DNA of 52,379 nucleotides from Candidatus Sumerlaeota bacterium. GTDB lineage: Bacteria; Sumerlaeota; Sumerlaeia; MWCT01. Below are positions 40,254-49,923 of the stretch, piece after piece; the stretch's first letter is position 1; every line of letters begins with the position of its first letter. A model generated the notes under the pieces. It worked only from the letters and a program-made list of their open reading frames with translations, was not told the DNA's origin and made no database searches. A program made the position numbers and the translations under genes. The stretch spans positions 1 to 52,379 of the forward strand of contig JAFGFK010000356.1 of assembly GCA_016931135.1 (NCBI GenBank). The letters run 5' to 3'.

Positions 40254-40922
40254 ATGAGAAAAGAGAAAAAAATCAAGAGTCAAAAACAAGAAAAAAAGAC
40301 GATGTACGTCATCGGGGCTGTGATTGCGGTCTTCCTGGTAACGATTTTGTTTCTGAATACGCGCCAGGTTTTCAAGAAAATCGAGGCGCGGGATTGCGTG
40401 AAATCCATGATCCTGATGCAGGAAGGCATGCTGCAACTGCAAAAGGAATTGCCCCTGCAGATTCCTTCCGACATCCTTTTTGACGATCTGGCGAACATCC
40501 TGGCATACTATTATCATTTTGGTCCGGTTGTTTTGACAAATCCGACGACCGGCACGCTTCAGCTCAAGCCCGTGGAAGAATTGAAGAATCTTCCCCTGGT
40601 AGAACGAAAAGACAGGTATATACTGGACATCCCGAAATGTCCTTCCAAGGGAAAATACGCGCTTATCCCGAGCAAGGAGAAGCCGGGGCTGTTCGATATC
40701 TTGTGTTCGGTACATGGGACTGTTTTCTTTTCCGAAAAGGAAAACAGGTATCTTTTCACCGGAGACCTGGATGCTTTGAATCCGAGAGATACCGCCCTGG
40801 GAAAAGAGTCTGACGTATATTTCGGCCCGGAAGAATCCACAAAGGATTTCGTGACCATCGTACCTTACGTTCAAGATGCGGCGAAACCAAAACAAGGGCA
40901 AAACCGGGAGACTGCGGATTAA
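40254..40922 (+). CDS. Hypothetical membrane-anchored protein
   Basis: Lys-rich N-terminus and a single TM helix (VIGAVIAVFLVTILFL), then a soluble domain with four Cys. Protein-like composition, unlike the overlapping antisense ORF at 40227-40958. Confidence 0.45.
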   Translation: MRKEKKIKSQKQEKKTMYVIGAVIAVFLVTILFLNTRQVFKKIEARDCVKSMILMQEGMLQLQKELPLQIPSDILFDDLANILAYYYHFGPVVLTNPTTGTLQLKPVEELKNLPLVERKDRYILDIPKCPSKGKYALIPSKEKPGLFDILCSVHGTVFFSEKENRYLFTGDLDALNPRDTALGKESDVYFGPEESTKDFVTIVPYVQDAAKPKQGQNRETAD

Positions 40923-40977
40923 GGAACGATGAGCCGCTATGGCGCAGAGCCCAAGCAATGAATAAAGCCTTTAAACC

Positions 40978-42399
40978 ATGAAAAGAATCCTCCTGATAGT
41001 CCCCCCCACGGGGAAATATATTCGGGAAGACCGATGTCAGACGCCGATTGAAAAACTCAAAACCGTGGCGCTGAGGCCCCCGATAGACCTCATGTACGCT
41101 GCCGCCGGATTCGAGTCGGCGGGATGTCTTTGCAGGCTTACCGATTTTCCCGCGGAAAGAAAAAACTGGAATGATCTGAAAAACATACTCAGGGAATTCT
41201 CCCCGGATATTCTGGTAATCAGCATTACAACCCCATCGCTTGCCCGGGATGTCGAGGCTGCCGCGATCGCCAAGGATATAAAGCGTGAAATCATCACGAT
41301 TGCCAAGGGGGCGCATTTCAACACGCTGGATGTGGAATCCCTGGAGCTATACCCGATGCTGGATTGCGTTCTACGCGGCGAATATGAATTAACATGCGGG
41401 GAAATCGGGGAAGGGCGTCCGTTTGGAGAGATCAAAGGCGTCAGTTATCGAAAAAAGGATGGGGAGATCATCCGCAATCCGGATCGACCCTTCTGCGACG
41501 ATCTGGACATCATTCCTTTTCCATCCAGGAGTATTGTTAAAAACGAGATATATATCAGACCTGACACGGGCGAAACCCAGACCACAGTGGTCACCAACCG
41601 GGGATGTCCTTATCATTGCATATTCTGCCTTTCCAACCAGGTTGCCGGAAGCCGTAACCGCGTTCGTTCCCACGAAAACATCCTGGCGGAGATCGAGGAA
41701 TGCATCGAGAAATTCAATATCAGAAATTTTCTGTTCCGCTCGGATCTGTTCACGGCGAATAAAAAATGGGTCATGGAACTGTGCGGGAAAATCGTGAAAA
41801 ACAGGTTCAAAATTTCCTGGGCGTGCAACAGCCGCGTGGATACTATTGACGCCGAGCTTTTGAGCGCCATGAAATCCGCGGGATGCTGGTTGATCGCTTA
41901 TGGAGTGGAGAGCGCAGATCAGGAGATTCTCGACAAAATGAACAAGAAGATCAAGCTGGAGGATACATATAAAGCGCTTCGTCTCACGCGGGAATCCGGG
42001 ATCAAATCCAGCATATATTTTCTCTTTGGCATGCCGTGGGATTCAGAGGAGACGTTTCAGAAGAATCTTCGCGCGGCAAAGGCGCTCGATCCGGATTTTC
42101 TGGAGATATTCTATGTTTATCCTTTTCCGGGCGCCCCTCTTTATGATCTGGCGGTGCGGGAAGGGCTTCTCAAAGAAGGGGAAATTCCCGCAAACGCCTA
42201 TGATTCCCCCGCGATGCCGACTCTGCATTTGACAAGGGAGGAACTGTCGCGCTGGAGGCGGCGTTTTTTAAGGAAATTTTACCTGCGCCCGCGATTCATA
42301 TATCGCACGCTTGCCCGTATTCGCTCCCCGCGCGTGCTCTGGAATTACATCCGTTACGGGATGGCGCAGATGGTGGATTTGTTTTTCGGTTCTTCCTGA
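40978..42399 (+). CDS. B12-binding-domain radical SAM enzyme
   Basis: N-terminal cobalamin-binding-like Rossmann domain (ILLIVPP...) and the radical SAM cluster motif GCPYHCIFC. 473 aa. Confidence 0.88.
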   Translation: MKRILLIVPPTGKYIREDRCQTPIEKLKTVALRPPIDLMYAAAGFESAGCLCRLTDFPAERKNWNDLKNILREFSPDILVISITTPSLARDVEAAAIAKDIKREIITIAKGAHFNTLDVESLELYPMLDCVLRGEYELTCGEIGEGRPFGEIKGVSYRKKDGEIIRNPDRPFCDDLDIIPFPSRSIVKNEIYIRPDTGETQTTVVTNRGCPYHCIFCLSNQVAGSRNRVRSHENILAEIEECIEKFNIRNFLFRSDLFTANKKWVMELCGKIVKNRFKISWACNSRVDTIDAELLSAMKSAGCWLIAYGVESADQEILDKMNKKIKLEDTYKALRLTRESGIKSSIYFLFGMPWDSEETFQKNLRAAKALDPDFLEIFYVYPFPGAPLYDLAVREGLLKEGEIPANAYDSPAMPTLHLTREELSRWRRRFLRKFYLRPRFIYRTLARIRSPRVLWNYIRYGMAQMVDLFFGSS

Positions 42400-42434
42400 G
42401 GAAAGGCTTTCCCCGCATTGCCCGAGACGTTTTC

Positions 42435-42767
42435 TTATTGCCCATAAGCCAGGGTTTTATATATCGTAACTATACCGAGGATGTTGGTAAAACGGTATCC
42501 AACATGATCAATGACGGAGATATTTCCATTCTCGGCAGCCGCTTTCACGCTGGCGTCTCCAAAGCTAAAAAGACTTAGGATGCCCACGCTTTTCGCCTCG
42601 CCTTTCTTTTTTCCGATGGTTGTGTCGTTAAACTCAATATCAATAGGCGCTTCAATATTGGTAAAAACGGCTGCCGTGGGCGGAACAACCGGCGCCCGGA
42701 AATTAAATGAACATCCGCTCAAAAAAAACAGGTTTATACATAGAAATGCGAAAAATAAGGATTTCAT
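42435..42767 (-). CDS. TRL-like small lipoprotein, paralogue 1
   Basis: Lipobox LSGC; ...GILSLFSFGDASVKAAAENGNISVIDHVGYRFTNILGIVTIYKTLAYGQ, a TRL-like family pattern. Confidence 0.65.
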   Translation of the reverse strand: MKSLFFAFLCINLFFLSGCSFNFRAPVVPPTAAVFTNIEAPIDIEFNDTTIGKKKGEAKSVGILSLFSFGDASVKAAAENGNISVIDHVGYRFTNILGIVTIYKTLAYGQ

Positions 42768-42816
42768 TCACATCCTCCTTATGGAAAAAGGCGCATTTTA
42801 TAGTCTCTTTCAACGC

Positions 42817-43176
42817 TTAATAACCATGAACATTAACCTGAAATTCGGCATAAACTCCCAAGACGTTTAAAAATTCGTAATCAGCATAAGTGACAGTCTG
42901 AATGCCTCCCTTGGCAGCGATTTCGGGTATGTCCGCCTCTCCCCATGCCACATTGATTCCCGTGAGGAGAAACTCGTGAAAGTAATAGGTCTTTTTCATG
43001 GATGTTTTCATGACATTGGCGCCTGTATCTGTTTTATGGAAATCCGTCATCAGCGGCGCCTTGAATTTTGTGAAAAGAAATCCCATCGGAGGACGAACAG
43101 GCGTCTCGTACGTAACGCATCCGGAGGTAATCAAAAGGAGAATAAAACCCAATACGATTAATTTAATCCTGATCAT
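42817..43176 (-). CDS. TRL-like small lipoprotein, paralogue 2 (most divergent)
   Basis: Lipobox TSGC. Same overall pattern: PVRPP...FKAPL...GEADIPEIAAKGGIQTVTYADYEFLNVLGVYAEFQVNVHGY. Confidence 0.6.
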   Translation of the reverse strand: MIRIKLIVLGFILLLITSGCVTYETPVRPPMGFLFTKFKAPLMTDFHKTDTGANVMKTSMKKTYYFHEFLLTGINVAWGEADIPEIAAKGGIQTVTYADYEFLNVLGVYAEFQVNVHGY

Positions 43177-43197
43177 AATGCCCGAATTCCCTCCCGG

Positions 43198-43527
43198 TCA
43201 ATTTCCGTAAACGATTGTCGTGAATCTCTGGTAGATTCCCAGGATGTTAAAATACTCATAATCCGCATGGTCAATGGCATTCACGCCTCCATTCTGAGAA
43301 GCCGCTTTAATACTGCAATCCCCGAATGCGATTAATCCCAGTATCGAGATGGAATTAGAAGTTCCGGTCTTCATTCCAATTTCTGTTTTTTCGATATTAA
43401 TATCCATAGGGGCTTTGGAATTTTGAAAAATGAGACCGCTTGGCGGAATGACCGGAGCGCTGTAGGTCATACAACCGGTCAACGCCAATGATAAAATCAC
43501 AAGAGAGATCCCAATTAAAGGTTTCAT
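43198..43527 (-). CDS. TRL-like small lipoprotein, paralogue 3
   Basis: GAGGAGG RBS before the ATG at 43527. Lipobox LTGC; ...GLIAFGDCSIKAASQNGGVNAIDHADYEYFNILGIYQRFTTIVYGN. Confidence 0.65.
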   Translation of the reverse strand: MKPLIGISLVILSLALTGCMTYSAPVIPPSGLIFQNSKAPMDINIEKTEIGMKTGTSNSISILGLIAFGDCSIKAASQNGGVNAIDHADYEYFNILGIYQRFTTIVYGN

Positions 43528-43784
43528 TAATCGACGCCTCCTCTCAATAACTGTTAAAAAATCGAATCTGATGATGCGCCGAAGGCGATAATGCGTCAAG
43601 CTCATTTTCTTAAATTGTGATCTTTTTTTATATCGTCCCTTTCCTCACTCGCTCTTTTGGGAAAATCAATTCCGAACAGGGCGGATATCGGCTTTCCAAT
43701 TATAATTCAAGGTATAAAACGTTTGACAGTCTTCTTCCCGGATTGGTAAAACCCGATACATTAATTTGAGAACAGGCGTGGCGT

Positions 43785-44474
43785 ATGCAAAATCCGCAAT
43801 ACATATTGATGTTGCCCGTGTTGCTTTTTTCGCTTTCGTTTCATGAATTTGCTCATGCTTTGGCGGCGTGGTGGGCGGGTGACGATACGGCGGCGCGGAT
43901 GGGGCGTTTGACGATGAATCCGATCAGCCACATCGATCCGATCGGAACGATCGTAGTCCCCGCGATCTGTCTGTTTCAATCCATGGCGGGAGGGGGGGGA
44001 TTCTTTTTCGGTTGGGCGAAACCGGTTCCCGTGAATCCGGGGCGATTCCGAAAAACAATATGGGACGTTTACGTGAGTTTTGCGGGTCCGGCGTCGAACT
44101 TCATCCTGGTCGTCATTTTCGCCGTAATCGTAAAGATTCTGTATAAAACCGAGATTCTGTATTCCTCCCGCTTTTCCCGTGAAGTACAGGATATGATCTA
44201 TCAACTGGCATTCAGTTTCATATCGTTGAATGCGCTTCTTGGGCTTTTCAACCTGTTGCCCATCCCTCCCCTGGATGGCTCTCATATCTTTTATCATTTT
44301 CTGGTTCGTCCCCATTCCCGCGATCATGTCCTGTTCAAGATATTCGAGATAATGGAAAGATACGGATTTATCCTGCTGATGGCGTTGATCTTCGCCGTTC
44401 CGGTTGAAATCAATCCATTTTATTTGATTTTCAACTTATCCATGAGAATTGTTACATGGTTCATCATATTATAA
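43785..44474 (+). CDS. Site-2 protease family (peptidase M50) membrane metalloprotease
   Basis: HEFAHALAA (HExxH) in TM1 and a NLLPIPPLDG motif. Polytopic. Confidence 0.85.
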   Translation: MQNPQYILMLPVLLFSLSFHEFAHALAAWWAGDDTAARMGRLTMNPISHIDPIGTIVVPAICLFQSMAGGGGFFFGWAKPVPVNPGRFRKTIWDVYVSFAGPASNFILVVIFAVIVKILYKTEILYSSRFSREVQDMIYQLAFSFISLNALLGLFNLLPIPPLDGSHIFYHFLVRPHSRDHVLFKIFEIMERYGFILLMALIFAVPVEINPFYLIFNLSMRIVTWFIIL

Positions 44475-44489
44475 TCAAAGGGAGGAAAC

Positions 44490-45476
44490 ATGGGCAAAAA
44501 GCGTATTTTATCGGGTATTCGTCCTACGGGGCGTTTGCACCTGGGCAACTACGTGGGGGCGCTCCAGAACTGGGTAAAACTCCAGGAAGAATATCAATGT
44601 TTTTACATGGTGGCGGATTGGCACGCCCTGACTTCTGATTACGAGAACACATCCGATATAAAGTCAAACATCGACGCCATGTATCTGGATTGGCTCGCTG
44701 CGGGACTCGATCCCGATCAAAGCGTGCTTTTCATTCAATCCAAGGTGAAGCAGCATGCGGAGTTGTTCCTGCTTCTGAGCATGTTCGCGCCCCTTCCCTG
44801 GTTAGAGCGTTGCCCGACTTACAAGGAAGCCCTGCAGCAGATCACGGACAAGGATTTGAGAACTTATGGATTTCTGGGTTATCCCATACTCCAGGCAGCC
44901 GACATCCTTATCTACAAAGCGGACGCCGTGCCGGTAGGGGAAGATCAGCTCCCGCACCTGGAACTGACGCGCGAGATCGCCCGGAAGGTGAATTTCCTGT
45001 ATGAAAAGGTGTTCGTGGAACCCAAAGAAATCCTGTCCACCGTGCCAAAGCTCTTAGGAACCGACGGCAGAAAAATGAGCAAATCGTACGAGAATTGCAT
45101 CTACCTTTCCGACAACGAAAAAACCGTCAATGAAAAGACGCGTGAAATGGTTACGGATCCGGCGCGAGTGAAACGAACCGATAAAGGACATCCGGAGGTA
45201 TGCAGCGTGTTCGATTACCAGAAGGTTTTCACTCCGGATCGGATACAGGAAATAGCGGACGGATGCCGTCAGGCTACGCTGGGATGCGTGGATTGTAAAA
45301 AGACGCTGGCGAAATCCCTGAACGCGCTGCTCGATCCCATGCGGAAACGCAGGGAGGAAATCCTGGCAAAACCGGATTATATACAGGATGTCATCCGTGA
45401 AGGGAACAAGCGCGCTGCCATCGAGGCGGAAAAAACCATGGTCGAGGCGCGCCGGATTCTGAAAATGGTGGAATAA
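44490..45476 (+). CDS. trpS: Tryptophan--tRNA ligase
   Basis: PTGRLHLGNYVGA (HIGH-type) and KMSKS motifs; 328 aa. Confidence 0.95.
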   Translation: MGKKRILSGIRPTGRLHLGNYVGALQNWVKLQEEYQCFYMVADWHALTSDYENTSDIKSNIDAMYLDWLAAGLDPDQSVLFIQSKVKQHAELFLLLSMFAPLPWLERCPTYKEALQQITDKDLRTYGFLGYPILQAADILIYKADAVPVGEDQLPHLELTREIARKVNFLYEKVFVEPKEILSTVPKLLGTDGRKMSKSYENCIYLSDNEKTVNEKTREMVTDPARVKRTDKGHPEVCSVFDYQKVFTPDRIQEIADGCRQATLGCVDCKKTLAKSLNALLDPMRKRREEILAKPDYIQDVIREGNKRAAIEAEKTMVEARRILKMVE

Positions 45477-46228
45477 TGACCTATCGCATAAAAATACAAG
45501 TTTTCGATGGCCCTTTTGACCTCCTGCTCCATCTGATCAAGATCAACGAGATGGATATTCACGATCTTCCCTTGGCGGAGGTCGCGAATCAATACCTGGA
45601 ATACATCCAGCTGATGAAGGATTTGGATCTGGAGATAGCGGGCGAGTTTCTCGTGATGGCGGCGACCCTGATCAATATCAAGGCGCGGAGCCTGTTGCCG
45701 CCTCGGGAGGATGAAAGCGATGAAGAGGAGATTGACGAGATCCTATCCGCAAAGGAATTGATGCGGCAGCTGATAGAATACCGAAAATTCAAGGAGCTGG
45801 CGTCCACGCTGAAAGAGAGGGAGCAGGAATTTTCCCGGATATTTTTCCGCCCCAACATCGTCCCGATTCTTCCCGGCATCGAGAAATCCGAAGAGGCGCC
45901 TTTCCGGGAGGATATCCAGAACCTTTTCAGCGCCTTTTCCCGGATTCTGAAATTCATCGAGGCAAAAGGCTTCCACGAGGTTTCTGATGAACAATTCACC
46001 GTGGAGGAGAAAATCGCTTATCTGCGATCTCTTCTCAATATGCAGCAAGTCGTCGATATCATCGAGATATTCAAGCGATGCGTGAATAAATCGGAAATGA
46101 TAGCCGTGTTTCTTGCCACTCTGGAGCTGTGCCGTCTTCAGGAAATCGCCCTGAAACAATCCGGGCTGTTCGAGCCCATCCATATCACGCTCCGGAGGGA
46201 AGAGCCGAAAAACAACGAAAATCCTTGA
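45476..46228 (+). CDS. scpA: Segregation and condensation protein A
   Basis: FDGPFDLLLHLIKINEMDIHDLPLAEVANQY. 1-nt overlap (TAATG) with trpS. Confidence 0.9.
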   Translation: MTYRIKIQVFDGPFDLLLHLIKINEMDIHDLPLAEVANQYLEYIQLMKDLDLEIAGEFLVMAATLINIKARSLLPPREDESDEEEIDEILSAKELMRQLIEYRKFKELASTLKEREQEFSRIFFRPNIVPILPGIEKSEEAPFREDIQNLFSAFSRILKFIEAKGFHEVSDEQFTVEEKIAYLRSLLNMQQVVDIIEIFKRCVNKSEMIAVFLATLELCRLQEIALKQSGLFEPIHITLRREEPKNNENP

Positions 46229-46290
46229 AAACCGCTTTGGTTTTATCCATGATACCCTGTATTTCATCAACAAGGGAAAAGGAGCGTTCC

Positions 46291-46818
46291 ATGAAAATAT
46301 ATCGATCCTGTCTTTTTCTCATACTTGCCATGATTTTATATGGATGTACAAAGCCCCCTATCATCGTACCCGAATTCAATACAGCGACCGAACAATATGT
46401 ATTCGCAAAAAATCTGGAAGACCAGACGATCCTGGTGAATCCGAAAGGCAAGGAACGCAAAATCCGGGAGGAGTCGATTCTCATGGCGTATCAATCGGTG
46501 ATCGACCGGTTTCCGGAGGATCAGAAGGTGACGCCGCTTGCCTGGGTGGAGTTGGGAGATGCGTTCTTTGCGCGCAACGACATGGACAGGTCGATTTTTT
46601 ATTATGAGACCGCGCTTCAGAAATACCCCCACCAGGATGACATTGTATGCAAATCCCTCTTCGGCTCGGCGCGGGCTTACGACCGCTTGAAGGAGTATGA
46701 CAAGGCGATCGATTACTACAAACGATGCTTCCAGCGATTTGAAAACGACAAAAGGCCTTTTCTCGCCACTGTAGGGCAACAGGCTCGCATCAACTACAGC
46801 CGCATCCGCGTCAAATAA
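46291..46818 (+). CDS. TPR-repeat lipoprotein (BamD/YbgF-like)
   Basis: GGAG RBS. Lipobox LYGC at MKIYRSCLFLILAMILYGC. TPR-like helices (AWVELGDAFFARNDMDRSIFYYETALQKYP...). The ORF-track start at 46129 overlaps scpA. Confidence 0.55.
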   Translation: MKIYRSCLFLILAMILYGCTKPPIIVPEFNTATEQYVFAKNLEDQTILVNPKGKERKIREESILMAYQSVIDRFPEDQKVTPLAWVELGDAFFARNDMDRSIFYYETALQKYPHQDDIVCKSLFGSARAYDRLKEYDKAIDYYKRCFQRFENDKRPFLATVGQQARINYSRIRVK

Positions 46819-46833
46819 TAGGGGACATGTTCC

Positions 46834-49593
46834 ATGAAAATATTCCGCCTGTTATTATTCCTTATTCTATTATCAACTTTGCGGAACGCATATCCACAGG
46901 ATTCGTTTTTATTTCCGCATCCGGTTACGAAGGAACGGACGTCCCTGGAGCGTTTTAAAAACGACCCCCTTGCCGTGAAGGCGACCAATCCCGTATTCGA
47001 TGAATTTCCCGATTCCTCCCTGGTGGATTTCAGCTATCTCCTCGATCCGCCTGCGGGAAAATGCGGCTTTGTGATTGCAGGGGAGGACGGTCATTTCCAT
47101 TTCGAAAAAAACGGCAGGCGCATCCGGTTCTGGGGCGTCACGGTCGCCTCTTCCCACATCGATATCCCAAAGGAACGCATACGATCCGCAGTGGACGCCA
47201 TGGCGCGGGCGGGATGCAATATCCTGAGGCTCCATGAAATCGACAACCGCGGCGGGGAAAAATTCAACCTGGTTCGACGCAATATCATCGATGAAGCCTA
47301 TCCCCATAACAACGACTCCCGCCATTTCGACAGCGAATACCGCGACAGAGTGGATTACTGGATTCACTGCGCGAGAGAGAAGGGCATCTACGTCTATCTT
47401 GTGATCCGGGGATACCGAACCTTTTTCGCGGGCGACGGCGTTGCGGCGACAGAACATCTGGAACGAAAAGCCGCTCCGTATGGCTTTTTCAATCCCCGGC
47501 TTCTGGAACTCCAGGATGAATATATCCTTCAATGGCTCTTCGAACACAAAAATCCCTACACAGGGCTTCCCAACGGACTCGATCCCGCAGTGTGCATGAT
47601 GGAAATCGAGAACGAAGACAGCCTTTTTTTCAATCCAACCGCATGGAATGATTTCATAGAGCCATATAAAACCGAATTCCAGGCATTATGGAACGAATGG
47701 TTGCGGGAAAAGTACGCTAAAACGGAAGACCTTCGCCTGGCATGGAGCGTTTCGGGGGATACGTGGAGCGCCCTCACCCCGGAAGAAAACCTGGAACAGG
47801 GCTCGGTGAAAATCCCTAACATGAGGATGCGATATCCGAACGATATCAAGCCGGATGAACGGGATGATCCCTTGAGTCATCCCCTGCGCCAGAGAGACGG
47901 CGTCCGTTTCGCAGTGGATGTCCAGCGAAAATTCTTCCGCCGCCAGCGCGATCTGATCCGCGCCCAGGGTTGCCCCATTCCCCTTACAGCCGTCGTCAAC
48001 AGCCAGATCATACCGGATACGTGGTCTGTAGCTCAGGAACTCGATTTCATTGGGGAAAACGCCTACCAGGATCATCCTAATTTCATGGCCGGAGAAGAGT
48101 GGGTGGGAAAATCTTTTTTTTCCAACAGGAATTATCTCAAGGAAACAGACTCGAACAGCCTTGGTTGCTTTTTAGCCCGATACAAATGGGCGGGCAAACC
48201 CCTGGTTTGCCGCGAATGGGCGAATTGTTGGCCCAATGAGTACCGGTGCTCCGCGAATGTATCCATCGCAACCCAGGCGCTGCTCCAGGATTACGACGCC
48301 ATGATCTATTTCTCCTTTTACGCCTGGGGCAACCAGAATGTTTGCAGCCCGTTTGGCATCCAGGCGGACCCCGCGCAGTGGGGAAGCTTCGGATATGCCG
48401 CCCATCTCTTCATCACAGGCGGCGTCAAACCCTTTCCGCATTCCGCAGATATCGTATTTACCGAAGAAGACCTTTTTACATGGGGGCATTACACGGATTA
48501 TCTTCACGCCTTCGCCTGGGATTGCAGACTCCAGAACCGGTATAGTCCCGGCGCGGTTCAGTCAGACTCCGATATACGGATATCGAGCGGACGCAGCGGA
48601 AGAGGGGTGTATTCGGGCGTTAACAATATTCTCTGGGACGCTCAATTCGATCGGTGGCATAGTCTTCCCATTTCGCAGCGTCGCCACAGCATATACTATG
48701 CGAGCGGCTACCAGGAGCCATTCATTTTCCTGAGCGACGATTTTCCCACGACCGCCGTGATTCAGGCTGGATATGAACCTTTATGGATCGAAGGGGACAT
48801 AAGCAGGGGATTCCGGGATAAAAAAAGAAACAATATTATATTAAAAAGTCCCGGATCGCAAAAGGTTGTGGAAGCGGCGAGGGATCTTTTATCGAATCTG
48901 CCGCAGAAAGAATCGCCTTTGGAAACGGCTATTCCGGATTCATCGTCTCCCCGCAGCGCGGGCGAGGTTTTCAGGGATGCGGAAAAAGGACGCCTGATCG
49001 TTGACGCGCCTTCCTTCAAGTCTGTTTCCGGGGAGATCGCTCCGGGTGAAAATATTTTATTCAAATCCCTGGAGATAACATCGCAATCGCCTGTTGGATG
49101 CGTGACCGCATTATCCCTCGATTCCAAGCCCCTGGAGGAATCCCTTTTATTCGCCATAAAAATGACAACGATCGCAAAGAACAGGGGGCAGATTCTCCGG
49201 GATGTAAAAGGGCAAAATCTTCCGGCGAATTATGTTCTGGAAAGCGTCGGGGGCGCGCCGGTTCAAACCGAAGGCAGGGCGTCTGAAAAGCCAACTGTTT
49301 TATCTTCAGGCGGTGAACTCCTGATGGAAATATTCATGCGGAACGGCGCATGGGAGGCGATTTTCGACAAGAGCAACAACGTGGTTTATTTAACCTGCGA
49401 TACGCCGAATATCCGGTTCCGCATGGGGAAAAAGGCGTTCAAAGACGATATTCCCCGGAAACTGGTGATGCGGAAATACTATTACGAATATACTCCCGAT
49501 AATCCTGTGGCAACGGGAAACGATCTTGTTTATCCGGGATTCGCGAAATACATCCGCATCACGCCGGACGTTGATAGGGAATCCGACAATTAG
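46834..49593 (+). CDS. Large secreted protein with an N-terminal clan GH-A-like (TIM-barrel) glycoside hydrolase domain
   Basis: Signal peptide. RFWGVTV...CNILRLHEID...YVYLVI...MMEIENEDS resembles the GH5/GH42-type strand-4 NE acid/base region. The C-terminal 500 aa are unassigned. Confidence 0.55.
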   Translation: MKIFRLLLFLILLSTLRNAYPQDSFLFPHPVTKERTSLERFKNDPLAVKATNPVFDEFPDSSLVDFSYLLDPPAGKCGFVIAGEDGHFHFEKNGRRIRFWGVTVASSHIDIPKERIRSAVDAMARAGCNILRLHEIDNRGGEKFNLVRRNIIDEAYPHNNDSRHFDSEYRDRVDYWIHCAREKGIYVYLVIRGYRTFFAGDGVAATEHLERKAAPYGFFNPRLLELQDEYILQWLFEHKNPYTGLPNGLDPAVCMMEIENEDSLFFNPTAWNDFIEPYKTEFQALWNEWLREKYAKTEDLRLAWSVSGDTWSALTPEENLEQGSVKIPNMRMRYPNDIKPDERDDPLSHPLRQRDGVRFAVDVQRKFFRRQRDLIRAQGCPIPLTAVVNSQIIPDTWSVAQELDFIGENAYQDHPNFMAGEEWVGKSFFSNRNYLKETDSNSLGCFLARYKWAGKPLVCREWANCWPNEYRCSANVSIATQALLQDYDAMIYFSFYAWGNQNVCSPFGIQADPAQWGSFGYAAHLFITGGVKPFPHSADIVFTEEDLFTWGHYTDYLHAFAWDCRLQNRYSPGAVQSDSDIRISSGRSGRGVYSGVNNILWDAQFDRWHSLPISQRRHSIYYASGYQEPFIFLSDDFPTTAVIQAGYEPLWIEGDISRGFRDKKRNNIILKSPGSQKVVEAARDLLSNLPQKESPLETAIPDSSSPRSAGEVFRDAEKGRLIVDAPSFKSVSGEIAPGENILFKSLEITSQSPVGCVTALSLDSKPLEESLLFAIKMTTIAKNRGQILRDVKGQNLPANYVLESVGGAPVQTEGRASEKPTVLSSGGELLMEIFMRNGAWEAIFDKSNNVVYLTCDTPNIRFRMGKKAFKDDIPRKLVMRKYYYEYTPDNPVATGNDLVYPGFAKYIRITPDVDRESDN

Positions 49594-49633
49594 AGTCAGG
49601 CGAGATATAAAAAATATAAAAAGGAGGGCGCAA

Positions 49634-49915
49634 ATGGTTACTGCTTTTATCCTCATCAATACGGAACGGAAACGCGTGCAGGAAACTGCCGAAGCGCTTC
49701 ACAAAATCAAGGGCATCACGGAGGTCTATTCGGTTGCGGGTCAATACGATCTGGTAGCCATTATCCGGGTAAAGAGCAATGAAGACGTCGCGGGGCTCGT
49801 TACCGGAAATCTTTTAAAGATGGAAGGCATCCAGAGAACGGAGACCCTGATGGCATTCGCCAGTTATTCCCAGTACGATCTGGAGCGTTTATTCAGCGTG
49901 GGACAGGATTCGTGA
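49634..49915 (+). CDS. Stand-alone Lrp/AsnC-type ligand-binding (RAM) domain protein, no HTH
   Basis: AAGGAGG RBS before the ATG at 49634. MVTAFILINTE...ITEVYSVAGQYDLVAIIRVKSNEDV pattern. 93 aa. Confidence 0.7.
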   Translation: MVTAFILINTERKRVQETAEALHKIKGITEVYSVAGQYDLVAIIRVKSNEDVAGLVTGNLLKMEGIQRTETLMAFASYSQYDLERLFSVGQDS

Positions 49916-49923
49916 TTTAATTT

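Noticed and set aside
40227-40958. A 243-aa minus-strand ORF almost exactly coextensive with the 222-aa plus-strand ORF at 40254-40922.
   Set aside because: The plus-strand product has a clean TM helix, balanced composition and lies in an operon-like position before the radical SAM gene. The minus-strand product is Arg/Phe-rich and mirror-frame-like. Only the plus-strand ORF is called, and even that with modest confidence.
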